A stretch of DNA of 64,000 bases, taken from Omnitrophica bacterium GWA2_41_15. GTDB taxonomy: Bacteria > Omnitrophota > Gorgyraeia > Gygaellales > UBA12090. Within the stretch, counting starts at the first letter, position 1; every line of letters begins with the position of its first letter. The notes below the pieces were generated by a model. It was not told the DNA's origin, ran no database searches, and was given only the letters and a program-made list of their open reading frames with translations. The stretch covers positions 38,614 to 102,613 of the forward strand of contig CAKKRH010000010.1 in assembly GCA_919902675.1 (NCBI GenBank), written 5' to 3'. The position numbers and the translations under genes are program-made. Positions 30,042-39,199 of the stretch are shown here, in pieces.

Positions 30042-30659
30042 TTATTTTGCCGGATTATCGATGCCCGCGGCGCCATAAAATACTGAAATATGCCTATCAG
30101 GGCTAAATTTACTACCCCAAATAACCCTGCCATAAGTTCTAAAAAAATGTTCAACATGCGTTTTAAAGCTAAAAGACGCGCTTGAACGCGGGCTTTTTGC
30201 CAGCGCCTTACCCCACAACTTAGCCAACTTCAAGGCCGGCACGCGCTGTTTCCTGAAAACCCTTACCAAATCATCAACATCAGGGTCTAAATATCTGGCG
30301 ATTTTACCTATGGACCAATAGGCCGGCTCAAGAAGCATAACTATAACCCTTCCAAATCTTTTATAAGGTATCGCGTGGCGCTTATAATCTAAAAAAGTTA
30401 TTTGCGACCACCTATCTATATCTTCTGAGAAATTGACTGCGACACCGGAAACCGCTGATGTCCGTTCTATGGCATCCTGGGCGTCTGCGAAATATTTCTT
30501 ATCACAGCGGACGGCAAAATCTATATCCAAACTTGGCCGCGCTCCGCCTAAAAGATTCCCCGCGGCGCAACCGGTAAGAAAAATCTTCATACCGCCCTTA
30601 ACCTTATTAGAGTTTTGGCCCAGTTTAGAGAAAAAATCATCTATATTCTTTTTATTCAT
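30042..30659 (-). CDS. nucleotidyltransferase-fold protein (DUF6036-like)
   Basis: IFLTGCAA...RPSLDIDF motif; K...D-D-DD segment. Confidence 0.6.
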   Translation of the reverse strand: MNKKNIDDFFSKLGQNSNKVKGGMKIFLTGCAAGNLLGGARPSLDIDFAVRCDKKYFADAQDAIERTSAVSGVAVNFSEDIDRWSQITFLDYKRHAIPYKRFGRVIVMLLEPAYWSIGKIARYLDPDVDDLVRVFRKQRVPALKLAKLWGKALAKSPRSSASFSFKTHVEHFFRTYGRVIWGSKFSPDRHISVFYGAAGIDNPAK

Positions 30660-31152
30660 TTATCTTTAGATTTAATAACTTATCCTGCCGAGACAACAAA
30701 TTATCGGCAACTTCTTTTCCAATTCTTGATTTTAACATAAGCCAACTATTTATACATGCCTTGCGCGTCTTAATGGTATTTTTATAAATCTTTTTTTGGG
30801 CATTGATTCTATTTTTAGTTATTTTTGAAAAAAGGCTGCCGATAGTCCTGTCCTTAGGGTTTAATTTATAAAAGGCCGCACCCAAGCTTACCTGTACGGT
30901 ATTTTCTAATACCTTGCGCGGCCAGCTGGCACTCTTATTAAGTTCAAGAGGCGCAATACCATCCACCAATACACCAGGCTTTATCCCCAAGGCAAAAGAA
31001 AGCGCCCTTAATGTGGCTACGGTAATATCCTGCCTGCCATGCTCTATAGCGCTAAGATTAGGCCTGGGAATACCGGCTCTCAGCGCCAATGATTCCTGGG
31101 ACAATCCTTTCGCCAAACGCCACAAACATATATTTTCCCCCAAACTAATCAT
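30652..31152 (-). CDS. XRE-family HTH regulator with C-terminal extension
   Basis: GLSQESLALRAGIPRPNLSAIEHG. Confidence 0.85.
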   Translation of the reverse strand: MISLGENICLWRLAKGLSQESLALRAGIPRPNLSAIEHGRQDITVATLRALSFALGIKPGVLVDGIAPLELNKSASWPRKVLENTVQVSLGAAFYKLNPKDRTIGSLFSKITKNRINAQKKIYKNTIKTRKACINSWLMLKSRIGKEVADNLLSRQDKLLNLKINE

Positions 31153-31158
31153 GATTAT

Positions 31159-31180
31159 AATGTAGCATATTTACTACATT
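31159..31180. promoter_or_regulatory. palindromic operator upstream of the XRE gene
   Basis: AATGTAG-N8-CTACATT next to TTGACA (31187-31182). Confidence 0.5.
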
Positions 31181-31288
31181 ATGTCAATATAGTTTCTATT
31201 TCGGTATGAAGCTTTGATTTATCAACAAAAAACCGAACAAGATGTTCGGTTGCGGATAAAGCGGCCTTCCGGAAAAGACATATTATCG

Positions 31289-31657
31289 CTATCTTAAGAT
31301 AACCACATTATGAAGCCCAAGAAAATGTTTATCACTGGTAATTAATTTTGCCTTCTCCTGCTGGGCAGTAGCATAAATTATCGCGTCCGCCATAGCAAGA
31401 TTGTATCTAAGACTAACATCTGCCGCTGTCAAAGCCAAACTATCATCCAAGACCACAACCCTGGCCTTACCCATATGGGCGACGGCCAAAAGCGCGTCTT
31501 CCTCGCTTCTCTCCCTTTTAATCTTTTTATAGACCTCATAAATAATTAACGCTGGAACAACGATTTCCTCGATCTTTTCCAGATAGGAGAAATACTTTTG
31601 CGCGAGCGGTCCATCAGTAAAGAACTCCAGCCATCCCGATGAATCAACTAAATTCAT
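31289..31657 (-). CDS. vapC: VapC PIN-domain toxin
   Basis: VDSSGWLE, YEV, ADAIIYATA, TSDKHF. Confidence 0.9.
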   Translation of the reverse strand: MNLVDSSGWLEFFTDGPLAQKYFSYLEKIEEIVVPALIIYEVYKKIKRERSEEDALLAVAHMGKARVVVLDDSLALTAADVSLRYNLAMADAIIYATAQQEKAKLITSDKHFLGLHNVVILR

Positions 31658-31863
31658 ATCCTCTGGCTATGGTCGCGCGGCGACTTAATGTTCATGCCTT
31701 TAATGTATCCGCGGAATTCCTTCAAAGGCTTTCCGGGAACCAATGTAATCAGCCCTTCCTTAACCAGCATCTCTATCTTCTGGCCGCTTTTTAAAGAAAG
31801 CGTCTTTCTTATTGCCTTAGGGATAACTACCTGATACTTCGGAGAAAGCGTTACTTCAAGCAT
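31654..31863 (-). CDS. vapB: AbrB/MazE-type antitoxin
   Basis: LSPKYQVVIPKAIRKTLSL; ATGA overlap with vapC. Confidence 0.88.
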   Translation of the reverse strand: MLEVTLSPKYQVVIPKAIRKTLSLKSGQKIEMLVKEGLITLVPGKPLKEFRGYIKGMNIKSPRDHSQRI

Positions 31864-31959
31864 CGATACATACTCCTTCCAACGATTTGATTATCGTTAA
31901 ATAAAGTATACAACATTTTCACAAAAAAATCAACTTTTTTCCCGACAACAACTGACCCC

Positions 31960-31999
31960 TCTTTAATCTTTAACCCTCTGCAGGGTTAAAGATTAAAGA
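31960..31999. repeat. 18-bp perfect hairpin next to CTGACCCC
   Basis: TCTTTAATCTTTAACCCT-CTGC-AGGGTTAAAGATTAAAGA. Confidence 0.8.
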
Positions 32000-32048
32000 A
32001 CAGACTCATCAGTGGTATTTTCGAATAAGCGAATAAGCGAATAAGGGG

Positions 32049-32258
32049 TCAGCCCTTGAAATGTGAAATGAGCTCCTCAACCTCGCGATTAACCTTCTTA
32101 TCCTCTTGTCTTAGACGCTCAATATCCCCGGCCGCTTTACTGACCGCGGAATAGGTTATCCCAAACCTGGTCCCGATTTCAACGTTACTTAAAGAGGTGA
32201 GTTTTTTAGCCAGGTAGATAGCGACCTTCCTGGCGAAAACCGGCTTTTTCTTGCTATT
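32049..32258 (-). pseudogene. C-terminal HTH fragment of a Y1/RAYT-like transposase
   Basis: ARKVAIYLAKKLTSLSNVEIGTRFGITYSAVSKA...ISHFKG* (DnaA-C-like HTH); stop codon lies within TGACCCC; no start codon. Confidence 0.7.
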
Positions 32259-32263
32259 TTACC

Positions 32264-32758
32264 TTACTTATATTTTTTCTCCTGGAAAGGATTATAATAT
32301 TTGCTCATTCCATCCATCAGCAAGGCCAACTCATAAAATTTTTCTTCCGGTATATCCTTAAACTCTTCAAGGCTCTGTATCTCCGTACTATATTTTTCTT
32401 TTATTTCCTTAAACCAAATTGAAAACTGTTCCTTCGCTCGTTCGCGCATATATGCATCCGGAGCGTCATCATAAAATGTCTGTATTACAAATCCTTGATA
32501 AGACTTCAGCAGTTTAACCTTATCTTTTGAGCTCCATTTAACAGTAACGCCAATAACCCAAGCACCCCCATGGTATACACCAAAATTAATATTTTTAATC
32601 GCCATGTTGCTCTCATGTCTTTTCCTGAACTGAGCATAAACAGCTCTGATTATCTCTAATCCATCATTATTATAAACATTCCACCCTGAAGATACTAAAG
32701 CCTTTTCTTCGTTTGATAAATTAAACCATTCTTGTGGTCTAGTATTTTTGCTTACCAT
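32264..32758 (-). CDS. hypothetical protein (AT-rich cargo)
   Basis: 164-aa ORF between the two transposase fragments. Confidence 0.6.
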   Translation of the reverse strand: MVSKNTRPQEWFNLSNEEKALVSSGWNVYNNDGLEIIRAVYAQFRKRHESNMAIKNINFGVYHGGAWVIGVTVKWSSKDKVKLLKSYQGFVIQTFYDDAPDAYMRERAKEQFSIWFKEIKEKYSTEIQSLEEFKDIPEEKFYELALLMDGMSKYYNPFQEKKYK

Positions 32759-32800
32759 ATTGGGGCAAATTTTGGCTTATTACGATCTAATAATAATTAT

Positions 32801-32927
32801 GGGATCAGGCCTTGAAACTTGAAATTAGTCATCAACTTTGCAAACAGCCTCAAGAAACAAATAAAACATTTATTCTACACCAAATAACAAAGCTATTGGT
32901 TAAATTCAATATTCAAGGTCTGGCCCC
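32801..32927. mobile_element. 127-bp MITE-like element, copy 1
   Basis: GGGATCAGGCCTTGAA...TTCAAGGTCTGGCCCC; near-identical to 38522-38648. Confidence 0.8.
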
Positions 32928-32935
32928 TTAATCCC

Positions 32936-33067
32936 TTTTGCAGTTTTAAGGTATTCAAGGAATTTTTGGTAGTCGGTTTTATCGAAGAAAATCTTTTTGC
33001 GGTCATCACCGCGGCTGGTTATGTGATAAAGGCAGCCTTCGCCTTGCAGTCTGTAAGGACGGGCCTT
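32936..33067 (-). pseudogene. N-terminal fragment of a Y1/RAYT-like (IS200-fold) transposase
   Basis: (K)ARPYRLQGEGCLYHITSRGDDRKKIFFDKTDYQKFLEYL; AAG at the expected start; truncated before the HUH motif. Confidence 0.8.
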
Positions 33068-33287
33068 AGCTGTATTTTATACTGGACAACGAGATTATCA
33101 AGTTAAATTCAACATTCAAGGCCTGAGCCCTTAATATTTTTATTTGCTTTCGCACTTACAATTACAATCTTCTCATTCAAGGACTGACACCTTTATCCAT
33201 CAAACTATGGGTTAAGGAACGATGTTCTATATTTACTTTTACAAGGGGGGGGAACTTGACAGGGAGTACTCTTATGCCTTAAATAAG

Positions 33288-34889
33288 CTAAGGCAATAGC
33301 TCATTTTTAGCATGATTGATTGCCACTGCAAAATTGAGATTCTGTCCTTCATCAAAACTGGAAGATGTAATCCCAATCACTTCTCCATTCATATTAAAAA
33401 GTGCACCTCCACTGCTTCCAGGAGAAATCGGCGCGCTAATCTGAATAAGTTTGGTGCCGTTCATATCCCTCACCGCACTGACTAAGCCATCGGAAACTGT
33501 ATTTTCGAGCCCTTTAGGATTACCGATCGCTACAACCCGCTCCCCAACAGAAACTAGATCTGAATCTCCTAAAACCACCGGTATAAAATTACCGGCACCG
33601 TTAATTTTTAACAACGCCAAATCTCTAATCGTATTATCCTTAACAATTTGAACATTGGAATAGACGCGATTATCGGCAATAAATTTTATTGATATTGCTC
33701 CTCCTCCACTAATTACATGAGAATTAGTAATAATCAATCCGTCTGAGCTAACAACAAAACCGCTGCCAATCGTCCCTTGGGCCTGTACAAGAACAACTGA
33801 CTTACCGAAAGCGCCAACAATCTCTTCCGCTGAAGATATTGGTAAGCTCTTTTTTGCGAGCTTCCCTGAAGATTCAAGCGGGGATACGCTCTGCTTTTTT
33901 GAAGCATCACTTCCGAAAATCTCATTCCAGCGGTTTATTTCGTTCTCTTCTTGAAACTTGATCCGTTTTGCTGAGACAAGATCCCCTTCCTTAACGGCCT
34001 CCTTCATATCAAATGGCCGAGCTAAAGATAGATTCTTTTCCAATACCTCAGTAATCTTAATTTTAGCAATCTCCGTTTGCTTATATCCAAGGATACGACT
34101 CGTAGCTTGATCTTTAATCGGTTCATGTAAACGAACTACAGCGAAAACATCATTTTTTTCAATCTTATCGTTAAGACCCGCATTTATATATATACCTTTG
34201 TCATCTATGCGGACAACGCGACAAATCCAATAATCACCTTTAACATCATCCGATAGAATACTAACCGCATCTGCTAAGGCCTCTTGCAAATAATTTTTCT
34301 GCCCTGTTCCGGTTGCGATAATATCTCCTGTATTAACATCTACCAAGCGCAATGTCGCTGTATATTGACTATCTCCGAATCGTTCACCACTCTTATTAGG
34401 AAGAATATCTCCAAACAAAACATATTGTACCCCATAAATATTTCCTAATTGATTAGCGGGATCTTTTTTTACCCAATCGGATTTCTCGAATTGTATCTCA
34501 CGGATTAATTGATTCACTTCTTGTCGCTCTACGACATCAAACATACTGGTCTTTTTAAGAAGGTCAGATAACAATCCTACAACAAGGTTAACTTTTGGTT
34601 CGCTGGGTTTTTCCAAGTTTGGCGTGGCAATATTGATGTTATACGCATGCGAGCCGCTCGTTTCTGTCTTGTCGGTTTTGTTAAACGGACTACCGGAGAT
34701 ATTGATTGACTCACCAAAGCTACCAATAGCTACCTTATATTTTGTATTTTTCTCTTTAATCTGACTTAGTTTCTTATGAAGGTACTCAAATTCTTTCTTC
34801 ACTCCTTCTTCTGCCCGAACAATCCCTTGAGCGATAAAACCGAATACTAAAAATAAAATAAATAAATAGAAAACAAGATTTTTCTTCAC
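33288..34889 (-). CDS. CsgG-like domain plus trypsin-like (HtrA-type, PDZ-less) serine protease
   Basis: Signal peptide; FDVVERQEVNQLIREI and LRLVDVNTG; triad TNSH / DLALL / PGSSGG. Confidence 0.8.
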   Translation of the reverse strand: MKKNLVFYLFILFLVFGFIAQGIVRAEEGVKKEFEYLHKKLSQIKEKNTKYKVAIGSFGESINISGSPFNKTDKTETSGSHAYNINIATPNLEKPSEPKVNLVVGLLSDLLKKTSMFDVVERQEVNQLIREIQFEKSDWVKKDPANQLGNIYGVQYVLFGDILPNKSGERFGDSQYTATLRLVDVNTGDIIATGTGQKNYLQEALADAVSILSDDVKGDYWICRVVRIDDKGIYINAGLNDKIEKNDVFAVVRLHEPIKDQATSRILGYKQTEIAKIKITEVLEKNLSLARPFDMKEAVKEGDLVSAKRIKFQEENEINRWNEIFGSDASKKQSVSPLESSGKLAKKSLPISSAEEIVGAFGKSVVLVQAQGTIGSGFVVSSDGLIITNSHVISGGGAISIKFIADNRVYSNVQIVKDNTIRDLALLKINGAGNFIPVVLGDSDLVSVGERVVAIGNPKGLENTVSDGLVSAVRDMNGTKLIQISAPISPGSSGGALFNMNGEVIGITSSSFDEGQNLNFAVAINHAKNELLP

Positions 34890-34916
34890 TGTTTACTCCT
34901 TTATTGTATTTCTTTA

Positions 34917-35345
34917 TTATTGCGCCTTACGAATGCGGATCGTATAATCCTTAGCTTTAGGATTAAAGGCAGTCGTTTTGTACGCATACGTAGAATATCG
35001 TGGTATCAAAACAAGTTCCCAATTAGTATCGTCTCCTATTTGAAAATCCTGTTCATCGCGGAAAACAGTTTGAACTTGCAATCTTAATAACTCATCTTTC
35101 ATATTTCGGATCTCGCAGTAGACTTTAAGCCGTTTATCCTCAGTCCAGTCCGTCTTTTGAGCTAAAATAACAACACGCTTTGAAGAAAACTGATTGTCCA
35201 GGTCCTTATCGAGGATAACTACTTTAAGATTTCTTTCCTTATCCTCATGAGCATTATATGGAATAGCATGATACGGTCCGGTAGCACAACCGTTTAAAAG
35301 AAAAATCCCGGTTACAAGATAAAAGATACGCGAAGGCTTCAACAT
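34917..35345 (-). CDS. YcfL/DUF1425-like lipoprotein
   Basis: Lipobox LNGC; C-terminal NPKAKDYTIRIR; next to the LpoB-like gene. Confidence 0.65.
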   Translation of the reverse strand: MLKPSRIFYLVTGIFLLNGCATGPYHAIPYNAHEDKERNLKVVILDKDLDNQFSSKRVVILAQKTDWTEDKRLKVYCEIRNMKDELLRLQVQTVFRDEQDFQIGDDTNWELVLIPRYSTYAYKTTAFNPKAKDYTIRIRKAQ

Positions 35346-35368
35346 ATTCAGCTCCTTATCGTTTAAGT

Positions 35369-35959
35369 TTATTGATAGGCAACCCCTGCTTCGCCTACTC
35401 GTTTAATTTCATAGGAATCTTCCCAAACAATATCGCTATTTTCTGCATCAATCAACTGAAAAGCCATCAAGACATAATCTGACCGGTTTCCGCTAGCTGC
35501 CTTTGATAACCCAGTCAATTCTCCGGTCAAGTATAAATCGACACCCAACAGATCATCTTCTTTGCTGGCTGTTACCAGATTCTTTCTTTTAGCTTCGCGT
35601 TCCTTAAGAACATCCTCTATCCGGTCACGGGCAAGAAAACGCACCTTACCAGTAGCATTCTTATTAAGTTCGATTCGAATCTTTTGAGTAAAAATATCTT
35701 TATTAATTATAAATCGCGTATTGTTCTTAACCGGCAAAATAGCGATTCGGGGAGTTCCTTTAGCGTTCATAACCTCAGGGATCTCTAAAATGGATAGAGC
35801 CATCTTCCGCGCAACCGTCATGATATCGGTAGATTCAATACCTGTTCCCCCTAGATTATCATCATCATCAGGAAGGATCACGGTTGAGTGCGAAATCGGA
35901 ACACTAGCACAAGACGATAATGTAAGTGTAAGTAGAAAAAACAATGTCCAATATCTCAT
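35369..35959 (-). CDS. LpoB-like lipoprotein
   Basis: Lipobox LSSC; STDI...KM, VKNNT, QLID...IVWED. Confidence 0.7.
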   Translation of the reverse strand: MRYWTLFFLLTLTLSSCASVPISHSTVILPDDDDNLGGTGIESTDIMTVARKMALSILEIPEVMNAKGTPRIAILPVKNNTRFIINKDIFTQKIRIELNKNATGKVRFLARDRIEDVLKEREAKRKNLVTASKEDDLLGVDLYLTGELTGLSKAASGNRSDYVLMAFQLIDAENSDIVWEDSYEIKRVGEAGVAYQ

Positions 35960-35970
35960 ATTTTTCTCCT

Positions 35971-36543
35971 TTAGTATACTATATCTTTTATAATAGTTCG
36001 ATTTTGCAAAACAGGATAACCATTTTTGAAACGCACCTGATCTTCATCAATTCTGTCTTCTATTTTAATCTCGTGAGTCTGGCGACCTTCAAATACAAAG
36101 AAACCAATCTCCATTCTCCCCGCATAGCTGATTCGCCCCGGAGCGACATCGAATAGTCTATTGACACCCAAGAGAGACTGCATTCCGTTCAAAGATACCA
36201 GCTTATAAGTCCCTCTATGTAATTTTAAAGAAAACAAAAACAAATCATCCTGTTTAATATAATTTTCATTCGGAGAAGGAACGAAAAACCATTTTTTATT
36301 ACCGTATGCCTTGTATTGATTAACCTCTTGCAATGTTAAGCTTGCAACCCGAAAAACATCTTTTTGATCTGGTTTATCTTTATTGTTAAATTTACAAGAA
36401 AAAAGCACTATCCCCTCTTTTGGCTGCAGCTCTAGCGTAGTTTTACGCTTCATGAGCAAATAAGGACTAGCGCAACCTAATGTGGACAAGGATAAAATTA
36501 GTATAAGTGCCCAAAGTTGAAATTGTTTTCTCCTCGATTTCAT
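35971..36543 (-). CDS. hypothetical lipoprotein
   Basis: Lipobox TLGC; VAPGRISYAG motif. Confidence 0.6.
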   Translation of the reverse strand: MKSRRKQFQLWALILILSLSTLGCASPYLLMKRKTTLELQPKEGIVLFSCKFNNKDKPDQKDVFRVASLTLQEVNQYKAYGNKKWFFVPSPNENYIKQDDLFLFSLKLHRGTYKLVSLNGMQSLLGVNRLFDVAPGRISYAGRMEIGFFVFEGRQTHEIKIEDRIDEDQVRFKNGYPVLQNRTIIKDIVY

Positions 36544-38201
36544 TCTGTAATCCTTTGTATAATAACGTTATCGCCTTCGTGAATATTTACATCAAATTCT
36601 TTGCTTAACCCTGCAATTAGATTATTGCTGGCATCTGAGACCTGAAGTTGAATATGGTGCTGACCGATAGAAAGCCTAGTAGGAATTACACGCACTTCAG
36701 CGGGCAACAGGCTCCAGTGCCGCACATCGGCTGCGGGATTAGCTATTGAGCTCCCAATAGCAAAGGCTAAGCTTATAAGAGCTATACCTACAGCAGCATA
36801 CGATGCTCCTGCTGCAGCAGCACCACCAGTTCCATAGAGACCAGCTTGTTGCTGTAATCTATTGGCTTGATCAGACATTTGCCGAGATACCTGCGATAAT
36901 TGATACGAAATTTGTGCTGTCGTCTCTTTAAACTCAGCCTTACCCTTAAGAATGCCATCCATCATTCGCCCGCCACGAGTTGATGCTTGGTAAATAGTGT
37001 CATTATAGAGCATCGTCTTATGCTCATCAAAACTATCTTTTTTATCTACCACGATCACAACATTATTTGCCTTAAACGGCTTAGATGTAAAGACGGCTAT
37101 TTGGCCATATTCACCAATCGGGTACTTGATTGGACCGCGTCCTAGTTCAACAATAAACAAAACATTATTGGTGGTATCGACGACTTGCTTAAGAATTTCT
37201 GTTGAAATTTGCTTGCAATTTTCGGTGCGGATTCCAGTCAATGTTGTAATAGCTGTTTCAAACGCTTGGATTTCTGCTTCGAGCGATAGGACTTCCTTTG
37301 GTTTCTTAGGAGAACTGGTTGTACTATCATCTTTTCCTTTTGAAGAAAAATTCTGAACTGGACCCTTTGAAGCCACCTGTCCTTTTTTCTTATCTTTCTC
37401 CTCTTTCTTTGGCTTCGAGGGAGCCTGTTTAGACATCAATTTCTCTAACTCTTTTTGTTTTTGACCCAAAAGATTAAGCTTGCTTTGCTCGTCTGAAACA
37501 ACATATCTATTAATAGGATAAGCCAAAAAGTATGCCTCTTGTGCTTTTTTAAAATATTCATCGCTCATTGACTGATTATTATGCAGTATTTCCAATCTAG
37601 CTGCCAATAAATATAGTAATGTTGCATCGCTCTTATAAAGTCCACCCTCTACATCTGAATCGCATAATATTCCGTTTTTCACAGCAGCAAGGGCATTGTC
37701 ATAATCATGTTCTTGTTCTAATAACAAGGCTACATAGAGTGAATTATAAACTCTTTCATAAGGATCACCTTTATACGCCTTCTCTCTTTCTTCCCCTGTT
37801 AATGAAACGGCGCGAGATTCCAGATGGCTAAAAGCAGACGTATCATTCATAAGGTAGTAAGCACCGAGAAATGCACTTAAAGCTTGCTTATAATCTCCTG
37901 CTGTAAGATAAATTGATCCTAGCTGATTATTCCAAAGAGCAAAATCCTTGTCTTTCGTTTTCGCGAAAGCAGCAAACAAAGAACCGGCTTTAGCAAAATC
38001 ACCTGAGTAGAAGGCAAACTCACCATCAATTGCCTGTTCACTTGGAATAGGCTTACTTTCGGCAGGTTTTGATTTGACAGATTCTGATTGAGATCCGCTA
38101 AAATTGGATGTCTGAGCTAAAGATGGGGTTAATTGGGCAGAAAGGAATGCCAAGATGAGAAGAAAACAAGCTAACTTCTTTAAAGCGCTTTTTTCCAACA
38201 T
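36540..38201 (-). CDS. TPR/COG3014-like secreted protein
   Basis: Signal peptide; YKGDPYER; ADVRHWSLLP. Confidence 0.65.
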   Translation of the reverse strand: MLEKSALKKLACFLLILAFLSAQLTPSLAQTSNFSGSQSESVKSKPAESKPIPSEQAIDGEFAFYSGDFAKAGSLFAAFAKTKDKDFALWNNQLGSIYLTAGDYKQALSAFLGAYYLMNDTSAFSHLESRAVSLTGEEREKAYKGDPYERVYNSLYVALLLEQEHDYDNALAAVKNGILCDSDVEGGLYKSDATLLYLLAARLEILHNNQSMSDEYFKKAQEAYFLAYPINRYVVSDEQSKLNLLGQKQKELEKLMSKQAPSKPKKEEKDKKKGQVASKGPVQNFSSKGKDDSTTSSPKKPKEVLSLEAEIQAFETAITTLTGIRTENCKQISTEILKQVVDTTNNVLFIVELGRGPIKYPIGEYGQIAVFTSKPFKANNVVIVVDKKDSFDEHKTMLYNDTIYQASTRGGRMMDGILKGKAEFKETTAQISYQLSQVSRQMSDQANRLQQQAGLYGTGGAAAAGASYAAVGIALISLAFAIGSSIANPAADVRHWSLLPAEVRVIPTRLSIGQHHIQLQVSDASNNLIAGLSKEFDVNIHEGDNVIIQRITE

Positions 38202-38521
38202 CTTCTCCTCTCTACGAATGAGTAAACCACAAGAAGCAATTCATATTATATAAAAAATGCGGTATTTGTCAAAGCTTAACTTGCGTCATGTTAAATAAGA
38301 ATTAAAAGTCCCCAGTTCAATGAGGAAGTGCAACGATTTTATAGTTCGTGTGAGAAAATTGGCTTTATCGAAACCTCTTTTGCAACTCGTAGTCGGAATG
38401 CTTAAATCGACGGTGGAGAATTCAAAAATGGGATGTCTAAATAAGCCGCTCTCTCCGATTAAAAACTTATTTCTGACAACTAGGCGTTGCACTTCCTGGT
38501 TGAATGTAGTTCTTCAATTAT

Positions 38522-38648
38522 GGGGTCAGGCCTTGAAACTTGAAATTAGTCATCAACTTTGCAAACAGCCTCAAGAAACAAGTAAAACATTTACTCCGCA
38601 CCAAATAACAAAGCTATCAGTTAAATTCAACATTCAAGGCCTGACCCC
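38522..38648. mobile_element. 127-bp MITE-like element, copy 2
   Basis: 16-bp perfect TIR GGGGTCAGGCCTTGAA / TTCAAGGCCTGACCCC. Confidence 0.85.
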
Positions 38649-38697
38649 CTAATCCGCATGTTTTAATTCTATCGGAAAGACTAAGAGATATCAAATC

Positions 38698-38722
38698 ATT
38701 TCACATTTCAAGGGCTGACCCC
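38698..38722 (+). repeat. isolated copy of the transposase 3' end
   Basis: ATTTCACATTTCAAGGGCTGACCCC, the exact reverse complement of 32045-32069. Confidence 0.8.
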
Positions 38723-38762
38723 TATTTCTCTCCTCTGGAATTAGACTGGCCCTTATTTTCCC

Positions 38763-39191
38763 TCATTTCTTCCACTTATTGTATACTTTTTTATTATTGA
38801 TAATAATTGCATACAAACTATTCCAACTTATCCGCCAACTTGAATTTATTGATCCGGGCTTAGAATTCTTAAAAATAAACTCAGTTGCATTTTTCGTTGA
38901 CAACACCTCTTTACAATGTGGACACCTGGGTTTTGTCAACCGAGTGAATTTTCCTCCACATTCGCATTTCTCTAGAAACTGCTCTATGTCTCTATTGATT
39001 TTTTCGTACCTATCTTTAATCTTAAAAAAACAAAGACATGCTTGGGGAATTTGTTTATAATGTTCTTCCAAAAAGAGTGTTTTTCCACAACTATCACAGT
39101 AAGCATATGTGGTCTCATTAAAGCCATTATGGATTAATTCATATGAAAATTTGAAGCCACATTTATTACAATAGCCGATTTCTTTTTTCAT
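38763..39191 (-). CDS. Cys-rich putative immunity protein
   Basis: Starts 8 bp after the Rhs stop; CNKC, CDSC, CEC, CPHC. Confidence 0.6.
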   Translation of the reverse strand: MKKEIGYCNKCGFKFSYELIHNGFNETTYAYCDSCGKTLFLEEHYKQIPQACLCFFKIKDRYEKINRDIEQFLEKCECGGKFTRLTKPRCPHCKEVLSTKNATEFIFKNSKPGSINSSWRISWNSLYAIIINNKKVYNKWKK

Positions 39192-39199
39192 GTTCTTGA

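Noticed and set aside
32049-32258. DnaA fragment or replication origin
   Set aside because: The HTH is DnaA-C-like but fits the RAYT-like transposase C-terminus. No DnaA-box cluster was seen.
38286-38652. ORFs 38286-38492 (-) and 38320-38652 (+); possible IS remnant or attC site
   Set aside because: No recognisable motifs; one ORF reads through the MITE. No convincing attC box pairing and no integrase.
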